DNA from: Vicinamibacterales bacterium
Lineage (GTDB): Bacteria; Acidobacteriota; Vicinamibacteria; Vicinamibacterales; UBA8438
NCBI GenBank assembly: GCA_965202695.1
Contig: OZ241843.1
Span: 3,456,701-3,520,700 of the forward strand
DNA length: 64,000 nucleotides
Direction: 5' to 3'
Shown: positions 52,507-62,419 of the stretch, piece after piece
Layout of the letters: each line of letters opens with the position of its first letter
How positions within the stretch are numbered: position 1 is the stretch's first letter
Made by a program: the position numbers and the translations under genes
The notes under the pieces: model-generated
What the model saw: the letters and a program-made list of their open reading frames with translations, nothing else
Database searches by the model: none
What the model was told of the DNA's origin: nothing

Positions 52507-54396
52507 ATGCCCCTTCGTGATCTCAAGAAGCGCATCGCGGCGCTGCCGGAGCAGCCGGGGGTCTACCTGTACCTCGACGACGCCGGCGAGACCCTCTACG
52601 TGGGCCGGGCCCGTTCGTTGCGGGCGCGCGTGCGCAGCTACCTGGGAGCCGGCGGGTCGAGCCCCAAGACCGACGCGCTGCTCGACGAGGTGACCCGGCT
52701 GGAGGTCATCGTCACCGATTCGCTGGTCGAGGCCCTCGCCCTCGAAGCGCATCTCATCAAGCAGCGCTCGCCGCGGTTCAACATCCTGCTCCGCGACGAC
52801 AAGAACTACCCGTACCTGCAGTTGACGACCGGCGAGGCGTTCCCGCGGGTGCTCGTGGCGCGCCGGGTGGCCCGCGACGGACACACCTACGCGGGGCCGT
52901 TCCTGCCCGCGGCCCTGGCGCGGAAGACGATGTCGCTGACCCACAAGCTGTTCGGCATCCGTTCGTGCAACGAGGTCATCAACGGCCGCCGGGGGCGGGC
53001 GTGCCTCGAGTACGACATCAAGCGGTGCATCGCGCCCTGCGTCGACACCCTGTGCGGGCCGCGGCAGTACGCCGAGGCCGTCGAGCACACGAAGCTGTTC
53101 CTGGAGGGGCGGAACGACGAGCTGATCGCCGATCTGAAGCGGCGGATGCGCGAGGCTTCGGACGGTCTCCGGTACGAGGAGGCGGCCCAGACCCGCGACG
53201 CGATCCGGACCATCGAGACGCTGCGGGACCGGCAGCAGAAGATGTCGTCGGTGCGCCTGGGCGACCGCGACGCCTTCGGGGCCCGGGTCGGGCCGTCCGG
53301 CGCGGTCATCCAGGTGTTCCAGATGCGGGGCGGGCGGGTCATCGAGCGGGTCGAGCTGGCCGCCGACCTGCCGGCGGGGGCCGGACCGCCGGAACGGGAG
53401 ACGGTGCAGGCGGCGGTGCAGCAGTTCTACGAGGCGCGGACCGCCCCCCCCGAGGTCCATCTGCCGGTCGAGATCGACGAGCCGGAGGCGCTGGCGTGCT
53501 GGCTGAGCGAGCGGGCGGGGCGGAAGGTGCGCATCACCGTCCCGAAGCGGGGGGAGAAGCGGGGGCTGCTCGATCTTGCGACCCGCAACGCCGCCCTCGC
53601 CTACCGGTCGCGGTACAGCGACGAGGCGCGCGCCGGCGCCGCCGCCCTCGACGAGCTGCGGCGGGCGCTGAAGCTGCCGGCCGCGCCCCGGCGCATCGAG
53701 TGCTTCGACGTCTCCACCTTGCAGGGGGCGGAAACCGTCGGCTCGATGGTCGTCTGCGAGGACGGCCGGGCGGTCCGCAAGGAGTACCGGAAGTACCGCG
53801 TGCGGGGCGAGGAGCGCACCGCGCCCCCGGGCCGCCGGCGCGGGAAGGGCGGGGCGGCCGGCGCCGGCGCCGACGCCCGTCTGCTGGACGACTTCGCGGC
53901 GATGCGCGAGGTGGTCGGCCGCCGGTATCGCCGGCTGCTCGACGACGGGGGCCCCCTGCCCGACCTGGTGGTCGTCGACGGGGGGCGCGGGCAACTGTCG
54001 TCGGCCTACGAGGCGTTCGCGTCGCTCGGCTTGTCGAACCTCGTGGCGGTGGGGTTGGCGAAGCAGGAGGAACTGGTCTTCACGCGGGACGCCGCCGAAC
54101 CCATCGCCCTCGACCGGGCCAGCCCCGCGCTGCTCCTGCTGCAGCGGATGCGCGACGAGGCCCACCGCTTCGCGGTCTCCTACCACCGGAGCGCGCGGTC
54201 CCGCCGCGACTTCCGGTCGGCCCTCGACGGCATCCCCGGGGTGGGGCCCCGCCGCCGGCGGGTGCTGCTGACGCGGTTCGGGAGCGTCGCCAACGTCCGC
54301 CGGGCGACCCGCGAAGAGCTCGTGCCGGTGGTCGGGGCCAAGGTGGCCGACGCGGTGCTGGCGTGGTTCGCCTCCGGGGCGGCTCCGGCGGCGTAG
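52507..54396 (+). CDS. uvrC: Excinuclease ABC subunit C
   Basis: GIY-YIG N-terminus (PGVYLYLDDAGETLYVGRARSLRARV), a UVR domain and a C-terminal HhH. Confidence 0.95.
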   Translation: MPLRDLKKRIAALPEQPGVYLYLDDAGETLYVGRARSLRARVRSYLGAGGSSPKTDALLDEVTRLEVIVTDSLVEALALEAHLIKQRSPRFNILLRDDKNYPYLQLTTGEAFPRVLVARRVARDGHTYAGPFLPAALARKTMSLTHKLFGIRSCNEVINGRRGRACLEYDIKRCIAPCVDTLCGPRQYAEAVEHTKLFLEGRNDELIADLKRRMREASDGLRYEEAAQTRDAIRTIETLRDRQQKMSSVRLGDRDAFGARVGPSGAVIQVFQMRGGRVIERVELAADLPAGAGPPERETVQAAVQQFYEARTAPPEVHLPVEIDEPEALACWLSERAGRKVRITVPKRGEKRGLLDLATRNAALAYRSRYSDEARAGAAALDELRRALKLPAAPRRIECFDVSTLQGAETVGSMVVCEDGRAVRKEYRKYRVRGEERTAPPGRRRGKGGAAGAGADARLLDDFAAMREVVGRRYRRLLDDGGPLPDLVVVDGGRGQLSSAYEAFASLGLSNLVAVGLAKQEELVFTRDAAEPIALDRASPALLLLQRMRDEAHRFAVSYHRSARSRRDFRSALDGIPGVGPRRRRVLLTRFGSVANVRRATREELVPVVGAKVADAVLAWFASGAAPAA

Positions 54397-54410
54397 CCGC
54401 CCTTGCGGGG

Positions 54411-54462
54411 GTCAGGCGGGGCGCATCGCCGATCGGTAGCGCGGGGTTTCGCCGCGGACCGG
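54411..54462 (+). repeat. Dispersed intergenic repeat family, copy E (3'-half only)
   Basis: gtcaggcggggcgcatcgccgatcggtagcgcggggtttcgccgcggaccgg aligns with the 3' modules of copies A and B. Confidence 0.6.
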
Positions 54463-54583
54463 CGCCGCCGCGGCGCGAGCGCGAAACAGCGGACCGGCCC
54501 GTGCGGGCAGGGGCGGGGGAGCGGAGCCGCGGGCGTGCGCGAGACTTGCAGTGACCCCGCTCGTCATTCTATGCTGTTGAACC

Positions 54584-55219
54584 TTGCCCGACATCGGCCA
54601 GCTCGTCGTCATCCTCCCGGTCCTGCTCCTGTCCCTGACGATCCACGAGACGGCCCACGCGGTGACGGCGGACTGGTACGGCGACCCCACGGCCCGCCGA
54701 CTCGGCCGGATCTCCTTGAACCCGGCGGCGCACGTCGACCCGGTCGGCACGGTGATCCTGCCCCTGGCGGGCATCCTGGCCGGCGGGTTCGTGTTCGGCT
54801 GGGCCAAACCGGTGCCCGTCAACCCCGCCAACCTGCGCCATCCCCGCCGCGACTTCCTGGTGATCGCGGCGGCGGGGCCGGCCAGCAACGTCCTGCTCGC
54901 GATCGGGGCGTCGTGGCTGCTCGGCGTCGTGCCGGACGGCCTGGAGGCGTACGGCGGTTGGGCCGGCGCCCTCGCCGCGTTCGCGTTCGCGATGCTGCAG
55001 TTGAACCTGCTGCTGGCGGTGTTCAACATGCTCCCCGTGCCGCCGCTCGACGGCGGTAACGTGCTGGCGGGGCTGCTGCCGGCGGCGGCGGCCGAGTCCT
55101 TCGATCGGCTCGTCAGGCCGTACGGGTTCCTGATTCTTCTGGTTCTGATGGCGACCGGCGGGCTGTACCGGCTGATCGGGCCGCCGCTGTCGCTGCTGAT
55201 GGGATGGTTGCTGCCGTGA
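54584..55219 (+). CDS. Site-2 protease family (peptidase M50) membrane metalloprotease
   Basis: LTIHETAHAV (HExxH). TTG start per the track. Confidence 0.75.
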   Translation: MPDIGQLVVILPVLLLSLTIHETAHAVTADWYGDPTARRLGRISLNPAAHVDPVGTVILPLAGILAGGFVFGWAKPVPVNPANLRHPRRDFLVIAAAGPASNVLLAIGASWLLGVVPDGLEAYGGWAGALAAFAFAMLQLNLLLAVFNMLPVPPLDGGNVLAGLLPAAAAESFDRLVRPYGFLILLVLMATGGLYRLIGPPLSLLMGWLLP

Positions 55220-56208
55220 AACCGCGCGTCGTCTCCGGCATGCGTCCGACCGGCCGGCTGCACCTCGGCCATCTGGTCGGTGCGCTGCAGCAGTGGGCCC
55301 GCCTGCAGGACGACTACGACTGCATGTACTTCGTGGCGGACTGGCATGCCCTGACCAGCGAGTACTCCGACACCGGCAGGCTGACCGAGTACGCCTGCGA
55401 CAACGCCGCGGACTGGATTGCCGCCGGCGTGGACCCGGATCGGAGCACGTTGTTCATCCAGTCGCAGGTGCCCGAGCACGCCGAGCTCTACCTGCTCCTG
55501 CAGATGGTGGTGCCGATTCCCTGGCTCGAACGGGTGCCCACCTACAAGGAACAGATCGCCCATCTCGCCGACCGGGACCTGTCGACCCTCGGGTTCCTCG
55601 GCTATCCGCTTCTGCAGGGCGCCGACGTGATCGTCTACAAGGCCGACTACGTGCCGGTGGGCGACGACCAGGTCCCGCATCTCGAGCTCGACCGCGAGGT
55701 GGTGCGGCGGTTCCACGGGTTCTTCGGCGCGATCTTCCCCGAGCCGCGGCCGTTGCTCACGAGCTTTCCGCGGCTGCCCGGCATCGACAACCGCAAGATG
55801 AGCAAGAGCTACGACAACGCCATCAACCTGTCGGACGACGCCGCGGCCGTGAAGAAGAAGGTCATGCGGATGTACACGGACCCGAAACGGATCCGCGCCG
55901 ACGTTCCCGGCGCCGTCGAGGGCAATCCGGTGTTCACGTACCACGACGCGTTCAATCCCGACGCCGCCGAGGTCGACGATCTGAAGGCCCGCTACCGCGC
56001 CGGGCGGGTGGGGGACGTCGAGGTCAAGCAGAAGCTGGCCCGCGCCCTCGATGCCGCCCTGGCGCCGTTGCGCGAGCGCCGGGCCGAGGTCCTGGCCCGT
56101 CCGGGGCGGGTGCGCGAGATCCTGATGGACGGGTCGCTTCGAGCGCGCCGCATCGCCCGGGAAACGATGCGGGAGGTCCGGGAGGCGGTCGGGCTGGCGT
56201 ACCGATGA
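55216..56208 (+). CDS. trpS: Tryptophan--tRNA ligase
   Basis: SGMRPTGRLHLGHLVG (HIGH motif) and KMSKS. The GTG at 55216 forms a GTGA overlap with the M50 stop; the ATG at 55204 is an alternative start. Confidence 0.9.
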   Translation: MKPRVVSGMRPTGRLHLGHLVGALQQWARLQDDYDCMYFVADWHALTSEYSDTGRLTEYACDNAADWIAAGVDPDRSTLFIQSQVPEHAELYLLLQMVVPIPWLERVPTYKEQIAHLADRDLSTLGFLGYPLLQGADVIVYKADYVPVGDDQVPHLELDREVVRRFHGFFGAIFPEPRPLLTSFPRLPGIDNRKMSKSYDNAINLSDDAAAVKKKVMRMYTDPKRIRADVPGAVEGNPVFTYHDAFNPDAAEVDDLKARYRAGRVGDVEVKQKLARALDAALAPLRERRAEVLARPGRVREILMDGSLRARRIARETMREVREAVGLAYR

Positions 56209-57098
56209 CGAACCGGGCCGCGGAGCAGACCGGGCGGGGGCCGGACGGCGCCGGCCGGACCGGCGAGTTCGAGTCGGTCCTCGAGGACTATCCGGTCCGC
56301 CTCGACAACTTCGAAGGGCCGCTGGACCTCCTGCTGCACCTCATCCGGAAGAACGAAATCGACATCTACGACATTCCGATCGTGCTCGTCACGCAGCAGT
56401 ATCTCGAGTACATCGAGCTGATGAAGGAGCTCGACCTCGACACCGCCGGCGAATTCCTGGTGATGGCGGCGACCCTGATCCACATCAAGGCGCGGACTCT
56501 GGTCCCCCGGCCGGAGACCGGGGGCGGGGACGCGGAGGAGCCGGAGGACCCGCGCGAGGCGCTCGTCCGGCGCCTCGTCGAGCACCGGAGGTTCAAGGCC
56601 GCGGCCGAGCTGCTGCACGAACGGCAGACCGTGCGCAGCGCGCAGTGGGGACTTGCCGAGGAGCGGCTGGCCGACCTCGCCGGCGAGCCGTTCGAGCGGG
56701 AGCTCGAGGTCGACCTGTTCGGACTGCTGCAGGCGTTCCGGACGGTCCTCGAGCGCGCGCGGACGCGGCCGGGGGTGCCGCTGCCGGCGGCGGAGGTGTC
56801 CATCGAGACCCGCGCGCGGCAGTTGATGGAGCGGTTCGCCCACGTCGAGGCGTGCGGGTTCGAGGAGCTCTTCGCGGAGGACGGCAGCCGCGGCGAGCTC
56901 GTCACGACGTTCCTCGCGGTGCTGGAGATGATTCGCCTGAAGCTGATACGTGTGTTTCAATCCGGGTCGGACGGCCCGATCCGGGTGTATCGCCGCGAGC
57001 CCCCGCGGGATGCGCCGAAGCCGATCGGGTCGCCCGCCGGCCGCGGGTCGGGGCCGGGTGACGGAGGGGTGGCGCCGGCCCGGGGGGCGGAACGGTGA
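56205..57098 (+). CDS. scpA: Segregation and condensation protein A
   Basis: FEGPLDLLLHLIRKNEIDIYDIPI; ATGA overlap with the trpS stop. Confidence 0.85.
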   Translation: MTNRAAEQTGRGPDGAGRTGEFESVLEDYPVRLDNFEGPLDLLLHLIRKNEIDIYDIPIVLVTQQYLEYIELMKELDLDTAGEFLVMAATLIHIKARTLVPRPETGGGDAEEPEDPREALVRRLVEHRRFKAAAELLHERQTVRSAQWGLAEERLADLAGEPFERELEVDLFGLLQAFRTVLERARTRPGVPLPAAEVSIETRARQLMERFAHVEACGFEELFAEDGSRGELVTTFLAVLEMIRLKLIRVFQSGSDGPIRVYRREPPRDAPKPIGSPAGRGSGPGDGGVAPARGAER

Positions 57099-57143
57099 GC
57101 GGACCGCCGCCGCGGGCGGCCTTGCGGCCGGGGACGACCAGCC

Positions 57144-57779
57144 ATGCCTGACGACGTCAAAGCGGTTCTGGAGGCCCTGATATTCGCGTCGCCGGATCCG
57201 CTGACGCCGGCGACGCTGTTCGAGCTGCTCGACGAGACGCCGAAGGAGGACGTCGAGCAGGCGCTGGCGGCGTTGCAGGCGGAGTACGACCAGCGGGGCG
57301 GTCTGCAGATGGTGCGGGTGGCCGGCGGCTACCAGATATGCACGCGGCCCGAGCTGCACGAGTGGGTGCGGCGGCTGTTCCACCAGCCCTCGAAGCAGCG
57401 CCTGTCGGGGCAGGCGCTGGAGACGCTCGCGGTCATCGCCTACAAGCAGCCCATCACGAGCGCGGAGATCGCGGAGATCCGGGGCGTGAACGTGTCGGGG
57501 GTGGTCGGGACGCTGCTCGACCGCCAGCTCGTGAAGGTGGTCGGCCGCAAGCAGGTGGTGGGGCGGCCCTTCCTCTACGCGACGACGCGGGAGTTCCTGA
57601 ACCGGTTCGGTCTGAGCGATCTCGGCGACCTGCCGAAGGTCGAGGAGATGGCCGAGGCGCTCGGCATGGAGGTGCCGCCGGCGCTCGCGGACGAGCCGCG
57701 GGTCCAGTCGCCGCCGTTCGACGAACTGGCGGAGACCGCGGGAGACCCGGGGACTCCACCGTCCGGGCAGGTGCACTAG
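57144..57779 (+). CDS. scpB: Segregation and condensation protein B
   Basis: LEALIFASPDPLT...LSGQALETLAVIAYKQPITSAEIAEIRGV. Confidence 0.85.
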   Translation: MPDDVKAVLEALIFASPDPLTPATLFELLDETPKEDVEQALAALQAEYDQRGGLQMVRVAGGYQICTRPELHEWVRRLFHQPSKQRLSGQALETLAVIAYKQPITSAEIAEIRGVNVSGVVGTLLDRQLVKVVGRKQVVGRPFLYATTREFLNRFGLSDLGDLPKVEEMAEALGMEVPPALADEPRVQSPPFDELAETAGDPGTPPSGQVH

Positions 57780-57800
57780 CTGGCGGGCAGGTTCACCGGG

Positions 57801-58604
57801 ATGAGACCCCCCGCGGCCCGGGACGGAGTACGGCTGCAGAAGCTGATCGCCGCGGCCGGCGTCGCGTCGCGCCGGGCCGCGGAGTCGCTGATGCGCGAGG
57901 GCCGGGTCACCGTCAACGGCGCGGTGGTGACGACCCCCGGCGCGAAGGCGGACCCCGCCGACGACGTCCGGGTCGACGGGCGCCGGGTCGGCGCCGGGGG
58001 GCGGCGGCGGTACCTGTTGCTGAACAAGCCGCGCGGCGTGGTGACGACCCGGGACGATCCGGAGCGGCGGCGCACGGTCATGCACCTCCTGTCGGGGATC
58101 CGCGAATCGGTCTATCCGGTGGGACGGCTGGACTACGACAGCGAGGGGCTGCTGCTGCTCACCAACGACGGCGAGCTCGCGGCTCGCCTGACCCATCCGC
58201 GGCACCGCGTGGAACGGGTGTACGAGGCGCGGGTGCGGGGCGTGCCGGACTCCTCGGCGTTGAAGCGGCTGGCCGGCGGGGTGGTGGTCGACGGCCGCCG
58301 GACGGCGCCGGCGACGGCCAGTCTGGTGTCCGCGGGACGCGGCCGCGCCGGAGATCAGTCGTTGATCCGGATCGGCGTCGCCGAGGGCCGCAAGCGCCAG
58401 ATCCGGCGCATGTGCGAGTCGGTCGGACACCCGGTGGTGCGGCTGCGCCGGGTGGCGATCGGGCCGATCCGCGACCGGACCCTGCGCCCGGGCGCGTTCC
58501 GGGACCTGACGCCGGGCGAGGTGGCGGCCCTGCGCCGCGCGGTCGAGGCGGCCGCCGGCGGCGGGGCGCAGGCGGTTCCGGGCGGCCGGCGGGGGCGTCG
58601 ATGA
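57801..58604 (+). CDS. rluB: Pseudouridine synthase, RsuA/RluB family
   Basis: S4 domain followed by PVGRLDYDSEGLLLLTNDGEL. Confidence 0.8.
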   Translation: MRPPAARDGVRLQKLIAAAGVASRRAAESLMREGRVTVNGAVVTTPGAKADPADDVRVDGRRVGAGGRRRYLLLNKPRGVVTTRDDPERRRTVMHLLSGIRESVYPVGRLDYDSEGLLLLTNDGELAARLTHPRHRVERVYEARVRGVPDSSALKRLAGGVVVDGRRTAPATASLVSAGRGRAGDQSLIRIGVAEGRKRQIRRMCESVGHPVVRLRRVAIGPIRDRTLRPGAFRDLTPGEVAALRRAVEAAAGGGAQAVPGGRRGRR

Positions 58605-59308
58605 AACCGAGCGGGTCCCCGGCTCGCATCACCCCGGTGATCGCGATCGACGGACCCTCGGGGGCCGGCAAGGGGAGCGTCTCCCGCGCGATCGCGGAGG
58701 CGCTGGGATGCCGTTACGTCGACACCGGTGCGATGTACCGGGCGGTCGCCTGGCTGGCGTCTCACCGGGGGCTCGCGCTCGACGACGAGCCGGCGGTGCG
58801 TCGCCTGGCGGAGCGGGTCGCGCTGACCCAGGACCGGGGAACCGTGACCGTCGCCGGCCACGACGTGACCCACAAGATCCGCAATGCGGCCATCGACGCC
58901 GCGGCGGCCCGCGTGGCCCGCATGCCGTCGGTGCGGGCGGCGCTCGTGGGCCGGCAGCGGGCCTGCGCATCGGCCGGCGGACTGGTGATGGAGGGCCGCG
59001 ACATCGGCACGACGGTGTTTCCGGACGCCGACGTGAAGATCTACCTGGATGCGGCCCCGGAAGAGCGCGCGGCGCGGCGCGCCGCGGATCCGGCGCACGG
59101 TCTGGGCCGCGCCGCGGCGACCTTGTCCGACGTCGCGAACGCGCTCGAGGAGAGAGACCATTCCGACCGCACCCGCGACAGTTCGCCCCTCGTGATGGCC
59201 GGCGACGCGGTGCGCGTCGACACGACGGGGCTGCGGCTCGATGCGGTGATCGAGCGCGTGCTGGCCATCGTGCGCGGCCGGCTGGCGGTGCGCGGGCGGT
59301 CAGAGTGA
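58601..59308 (+). CDS. cmk: Cytidylate kinase
   Basis: IAIDGPSGAGKGSVSRAIA; ATGA overlap with the rluB stop. Confidence 0.85.
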   Translation: MKPSGSPARITPVIAIDGPSGAGKGSVSRAIAEALGCRYVDTGAMYRAVAWLASHRGLALDDEPAVRRLAERVALTQDRGTVTVAGHDVTHKIRNAAIDAAAARVARMPSVRAALVGRQRACASAGGLVMEGRDIGTTVFPDADVKIYLDAAPEERAARRAADPAHGLGRAAATLSDVANALEERDHSDRTRDSSPLVMAGDAVRVDTTGLRLDAVIERVLAIVRGRLAVRGRSE

Positions 59309-59326
59309 TCGCCCCGTCGGCGGCTG

Positions 59327-59355
59327 TTGACGCGTTCCGGTAACTGTAATATAGT
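59327..59355 (+). promoter_or_regulatory. Sigma-70-type promoter candidate for rpsA (TTGACG-N17-TATAGT)
   Basis: ttgacg lies at 59327-59332 and tatagt at 59350-59355, about 120 nt upstream of the rpsA start. Confidence 0.45.
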
Positions 59356-59473
59356 CGGCCGCTTATCGCCAATCGGTGCGTTCGGCCGCGGCGGGCGGAC
59401 GCCGCGGCGGCCGGGCATCGAAGGCCGCGCCGCGGGGACCGCGCCGGGTACTTGCAGGAGGATGCGCAATTCC

Positions 59474-61234
59474 ATGACGAAGGCAGAAGACGTCGAGGTG
59501 GACCGCTCGGAGAAGACCGCACGACCCGCTCCCATGATGGTCATGGCGGATCAGGACGACGACGAGCCGTCGCGGCGGGAGGAATACGAGCGGTTGCTCC
59601 GGATGTACGAGGGCAGCTTCCGCAACATCGCCGAAGGCGAGGTGATTACCGGCACGGTGCTGAAGGTGTCCTCGTCGGAGGTGGTGGTCGACGTCGGATA
59701 CAAGTCGGAGGGAATGATCGCCCTCCAGGAGTTCCTCGACGAGAACGGCGAGTGCATCGTCCGGCCCGGCGATGCCGTCGACGTCCTGCTCGAGCGCACC
59801 GAGGACCGGGACGGCCACATCGTGCTCTCGCGCGAGAAGGCCGAGAAGATGAAGATCTGGGACGACGTCGAGAAGGCCTACGACGAGCAGAAGGTCGTCA
59901 TCGGCCGCGTCATCGAGCGGATCAAGGGCGGGCTGGCCGTCGACATCGGGGTGCGGGCGTTCCTGCCCGGCTCGCAGGTGGACGTGCGTCCGGTGCGCAA
60001 TCTCGACGCGTTGCGCGGTCAGGAACTGCGCATGCGCGTCATCAAGGTGAACAAGAAGCGGGGCAACATCGTGCTGTCCCGCAAGGCGTTGCTCGAGGAG
60101 GAGAACGCCGAGAAGAAGAAGCACACGCTGGCGACCCTCGAAGAGGGCAAGGTGTTCCGGGGAGTGGTCAAGAACCTCACGGACTACGGCGCCTTCATCG
60201 ATCTGGGCGGGCTCGACGGGCTGCTGCACGTGACGGACATGTCGTGGGGCCGCGCCGCGCATCCGTCGGAGCTCTTCAAGGTGAACGACGAGGTCGACGT
60301 GGTCGTGCTCAAGTTCGACCGTGCGAGCGAACGGGTGTCGCTCGGCTACAAGCAGCTCCACGCCGACCCGTGGACGGCGGTCGAGGAACGCTACCAGGTC
60401 GGCATGCGGCTCGGCGGCAAGGTCGTCAGCCTGACCGACTACGGGGCGTTCATCGAGCTCGAGCCGGGCGTCGAGGGACTGATCCACGTGTCGGAGATGT
60501 CCTGGAGCAAACGGGTCAAGCATCCGTCGAAGCTCCTCACGGTGGGCGACACCGTCGAGTCGATGGTGCTCGGCGTCGATCCGCAGGCGCGCCGCATTTC
60601 GCTCGGGCTGAAGCAGATCGAGTCGAACCCGTGGCATCAGCTCGCCGACAAGTACCCGATCGGGTCGCGGTTGTCGGGGCGCGTCCGCAATCTGACCGAG
60701 TTCGGCGCGTTCGTCGAAGTCGAAGAGGGCATCGACGGGCTCATCCACATTTCGGACATGTCCTGGAGCAAGCGCCTCAAGCATCCGTCGGAGGTCGTGA
60801 AGAAGGGCGACGAGGTCGAGGCGATGGTCCTCAACGTCGATCCGGACAACCAGCGGCTGTCGCTGGGCCTCAAGCAGTTGGCGACCGACGTCTGGGACGA
60901 GTTCTTCGAGAAGCACAAGGTCGGATCGGTGGTCGAGGGCAAGGTGGTCCGCATCACGAACTTCGGCGCCTTCGTGGAGCTGGCCGAGGGCATCGAGGGG
61001 CTCATCCACGTCTCGGAGTTCGACGACGACAAGGGCCGCGACAAGGTCGAGCTGAAGGTCGACGAGGTCACCAGCATGAAGATCATCAAGCTGAGCCCCT
61101 CGGAGAGGAAGATCGGCCTCAGCATCCGGGCCCTGAAGTCGGACGACTACGAGGCGGACTGGGAGGCCTACGGGGCGGCGGCGTCCGGATCGCCGGAAGT
61201 GACTCTCGGCGACCACTTCAAGCACCAGACCTGA
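59474..61234 (+). CDS. rpsA: 30S ribosomal protein S1
   Basis: Six S1 repeats (G.V..V...G..VD.G..EG.I). The start could be the ATG at 59474 or at 59462. Confidence 0.9.
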   Translation: MTKAEDVEVDRSEKTARPAPMMVMADQDDDEPSRREEYERLLRMYEGSFRNIAEGEVITGTVLKVSSSEVVVDVGYKSEGMIALQEFLDENGECIVRPGDAVDVLLERTEDRDGHIVLSREKAEKMKIWDDVEKAYDEQKVVIGRVIERIKGGLAVDIGVRAFLPGSQVDVRPVRNLDALRGQELRMRVIKVNKKRGNIVLSRKALLEEENAEKKKHTLATLEEGKVFRGVVKNLTDYGAFIDLGGLDGLLHVTDMSWGRAAHPSELFKVNDEVDVVVLKFDRASERVSLGYKQLHADPWTAVEERYQVGMRLGGKVVSLTDYGAFIELEPGVEGLIHVSEMSWSKRVKHPSKLLTVGDTVESMVLGVDPQARRISLGLKQIESNPWHQLADKYPIGSRLSGRVRNLTEFGAFVEVEEGIDGLIHISDMSWSKRLKHPSEVVKKGDEVEAMVLNVDPDNQRLSLGLKQLATDVWDEFFEKHKVGSVVEGKVVRITNFGAFVELAEGIEGLIHVSEFDDDKGRDKVELKVDEVTSMKIIKLSPSERKIGLSIRALKSDDYEADWEAYGAAASGSPEVTLGDHFKHQT

Positions 61235-61362
61235 CGCGCCCGTGGCGGCGCGGCGCGGGCGGGATGCGGCGCCGTTCGAGTACGGCGGGCTTCCGCCGGG
61301 GGCCTGGCGCCTTCGCCGCGCCCGGCGCGGCTCATGGAGCGGGGGGAATCCTGGTGGCAGGC

Positions 61363-61725
61363 GTGACCAAGGCGGCGCTCGTCGAGGAGGTGTCGCGCGC
61401 CGCCGATCTGACCAAGAGGCACTCCGAGGTCATCGTCGATACGGTGTTCCGCAGCATCGTGACCGCGCTGCACCGGGGCGAGAAGATCGAACTGCGGGGC
61501 TTCGGCAGTTTCCGCCTCCGGCAGCGCGAACCGAGAAGGGGCCGCAATCCGAAGACCGGAGATCGGGTGGACGTCCCCCCCAAGCGGGTTCCGTACTTCA
61601 AGCCGGGCAAGGAACTCAGGGAGCTGATAAACCAGGAGCCCGCCCCGGGTGCGGACCTCGCGGCCGGCCCGGCGCGGGGCGGGCCGGCGGCGCTGCCGGC
61701 GCGGGGCGGGACCGCGGGCTGCTGA
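61363..61725 (+). CDS. HU/IHF-family DNA-binding protein (IHF-beta-like) with a C-terminal Ala/Pro/Gly tail
   Basis: RGFGSFRLRQREPRRGRNPKTGDRVDVPPKRVPYFKPGKELR; the GTG start is tentative. Confidence 0.75.
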   Translation: MTKAALVEEVSRAADLTKRHSEVIVDTVFRSIVTALHRGEKIELRGFGSFRLRQREPRRGRNPKTGDRVDVPPKRVPYFKPGKELRELINQEPAPGADLAAGPARGGPAALPARGGTAGC

Positions 61726-61839
61726 TCCGGCCGGTCGATGCCCGCCGGGGGCCGCCCCGGCCGCCGCCGTCCGCCTGACGCACTGCGACGGCCGGTCGAT
61801 GCCCGCCGGGGGCCGCCCGTCCGGGTGATCGGGTTCGCC

Positions 61840-62349
61840 ATGGAACGGCTCTGGTCCCCCTGGAGACTCGACTACGTGAGCGGCACCGGCGCCGCCGGGG
61901 GCGAATGCGTGTTCTGCGCCGCCCTCACCGGCGCGGAGACCTCGCGGCCGGGTTCGTCGCTGATCGTCGCGCGCGCCGATACGTGCTTCGTCATTCTCAA
62001 CCTCTACCCGTACAACAACGGTCACGTCATGGTGGTGCCGAATCGGCACGTCGGATCGCTGGCCGAGGCGTCGGCGACCGAGCTCGGCGAGCTGATGACG
62101 ATGGCGCAGCGGGCCGAGATCGCCCTGACCGAGGCGTATCGGCCCCACGGCATGAACCTCGGGATCAACCTGGGGCGGCCGGCCGGGGCGGGCATCCCGG
62201 GCCATCTGCATCTGCACGTGGTGCCCCGTTGGGACGGCGACACCAACTTCATGACCGTCGTCGGGGCGACCCGGGTCGTGCCCGAGACCCCTCCGCGGAC
62301 CCGGGAACGGCTGGCGCCGATCTTCGAGCGCCTCGCGGCCGGCGCGTAG
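61840..62349 (+). CDS. HIT-family nucleotide hydrolase/transferase
   Basis: PYNNGHVMVVP and GHLHLHVVPRW (histidine triad). Confidence 0.8.
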   Translation: MERLWSPWRLDYVSGTGAAGGECVFCAALTGAETSRPGSSLIVARADTCFVILNLYPYNNGHVMVVPNRHVGSLAEASATELGELMTMAQRAEIALTEAYRPHGMNLGINLGRPAGAGIPGHLHLHVVPRWDGDTNFMTVVGATRVVPETPPRTRERLAPIFERLAAGA

Positions 62350-62419
62350 CCGCGCGGGCCGGGTGCGGCGGTCGGCTCCGCCTGGGGCCGAACCGAACTT
62401 CCAGGAGTCCGCGCCCGTT

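Noticed and set aside
52419-52535. Longer N-terminal extensions of the CDP-alcohol phosphatidyltransferase ORF (starts at 52508 or 52535).
   Set aside because: They would overlap the divergent uvrC start codon (shared CCATGC at 52506-52509) and would add a Lys/Arg-rich non-membrane N-terminus. The internal ATG at 52416-52418 gives a typical ~200-aa PgsA-size protein.
61728-61818. Two copies of a 30-bp direct repeat (cggccggtcgatgcccgccgggggccgccc) with a 61-bp period between the IHF-like and HIT genes. This is the same period as the mini-array at 9031.
   Set aside because: There are only two copies. The repeat sequence is unrelated to the 9031 repeat and has no convincing hairpin. It sits in a short housekeeping intergenic region, so a local duplication is more likely than a CRISPR remnant.
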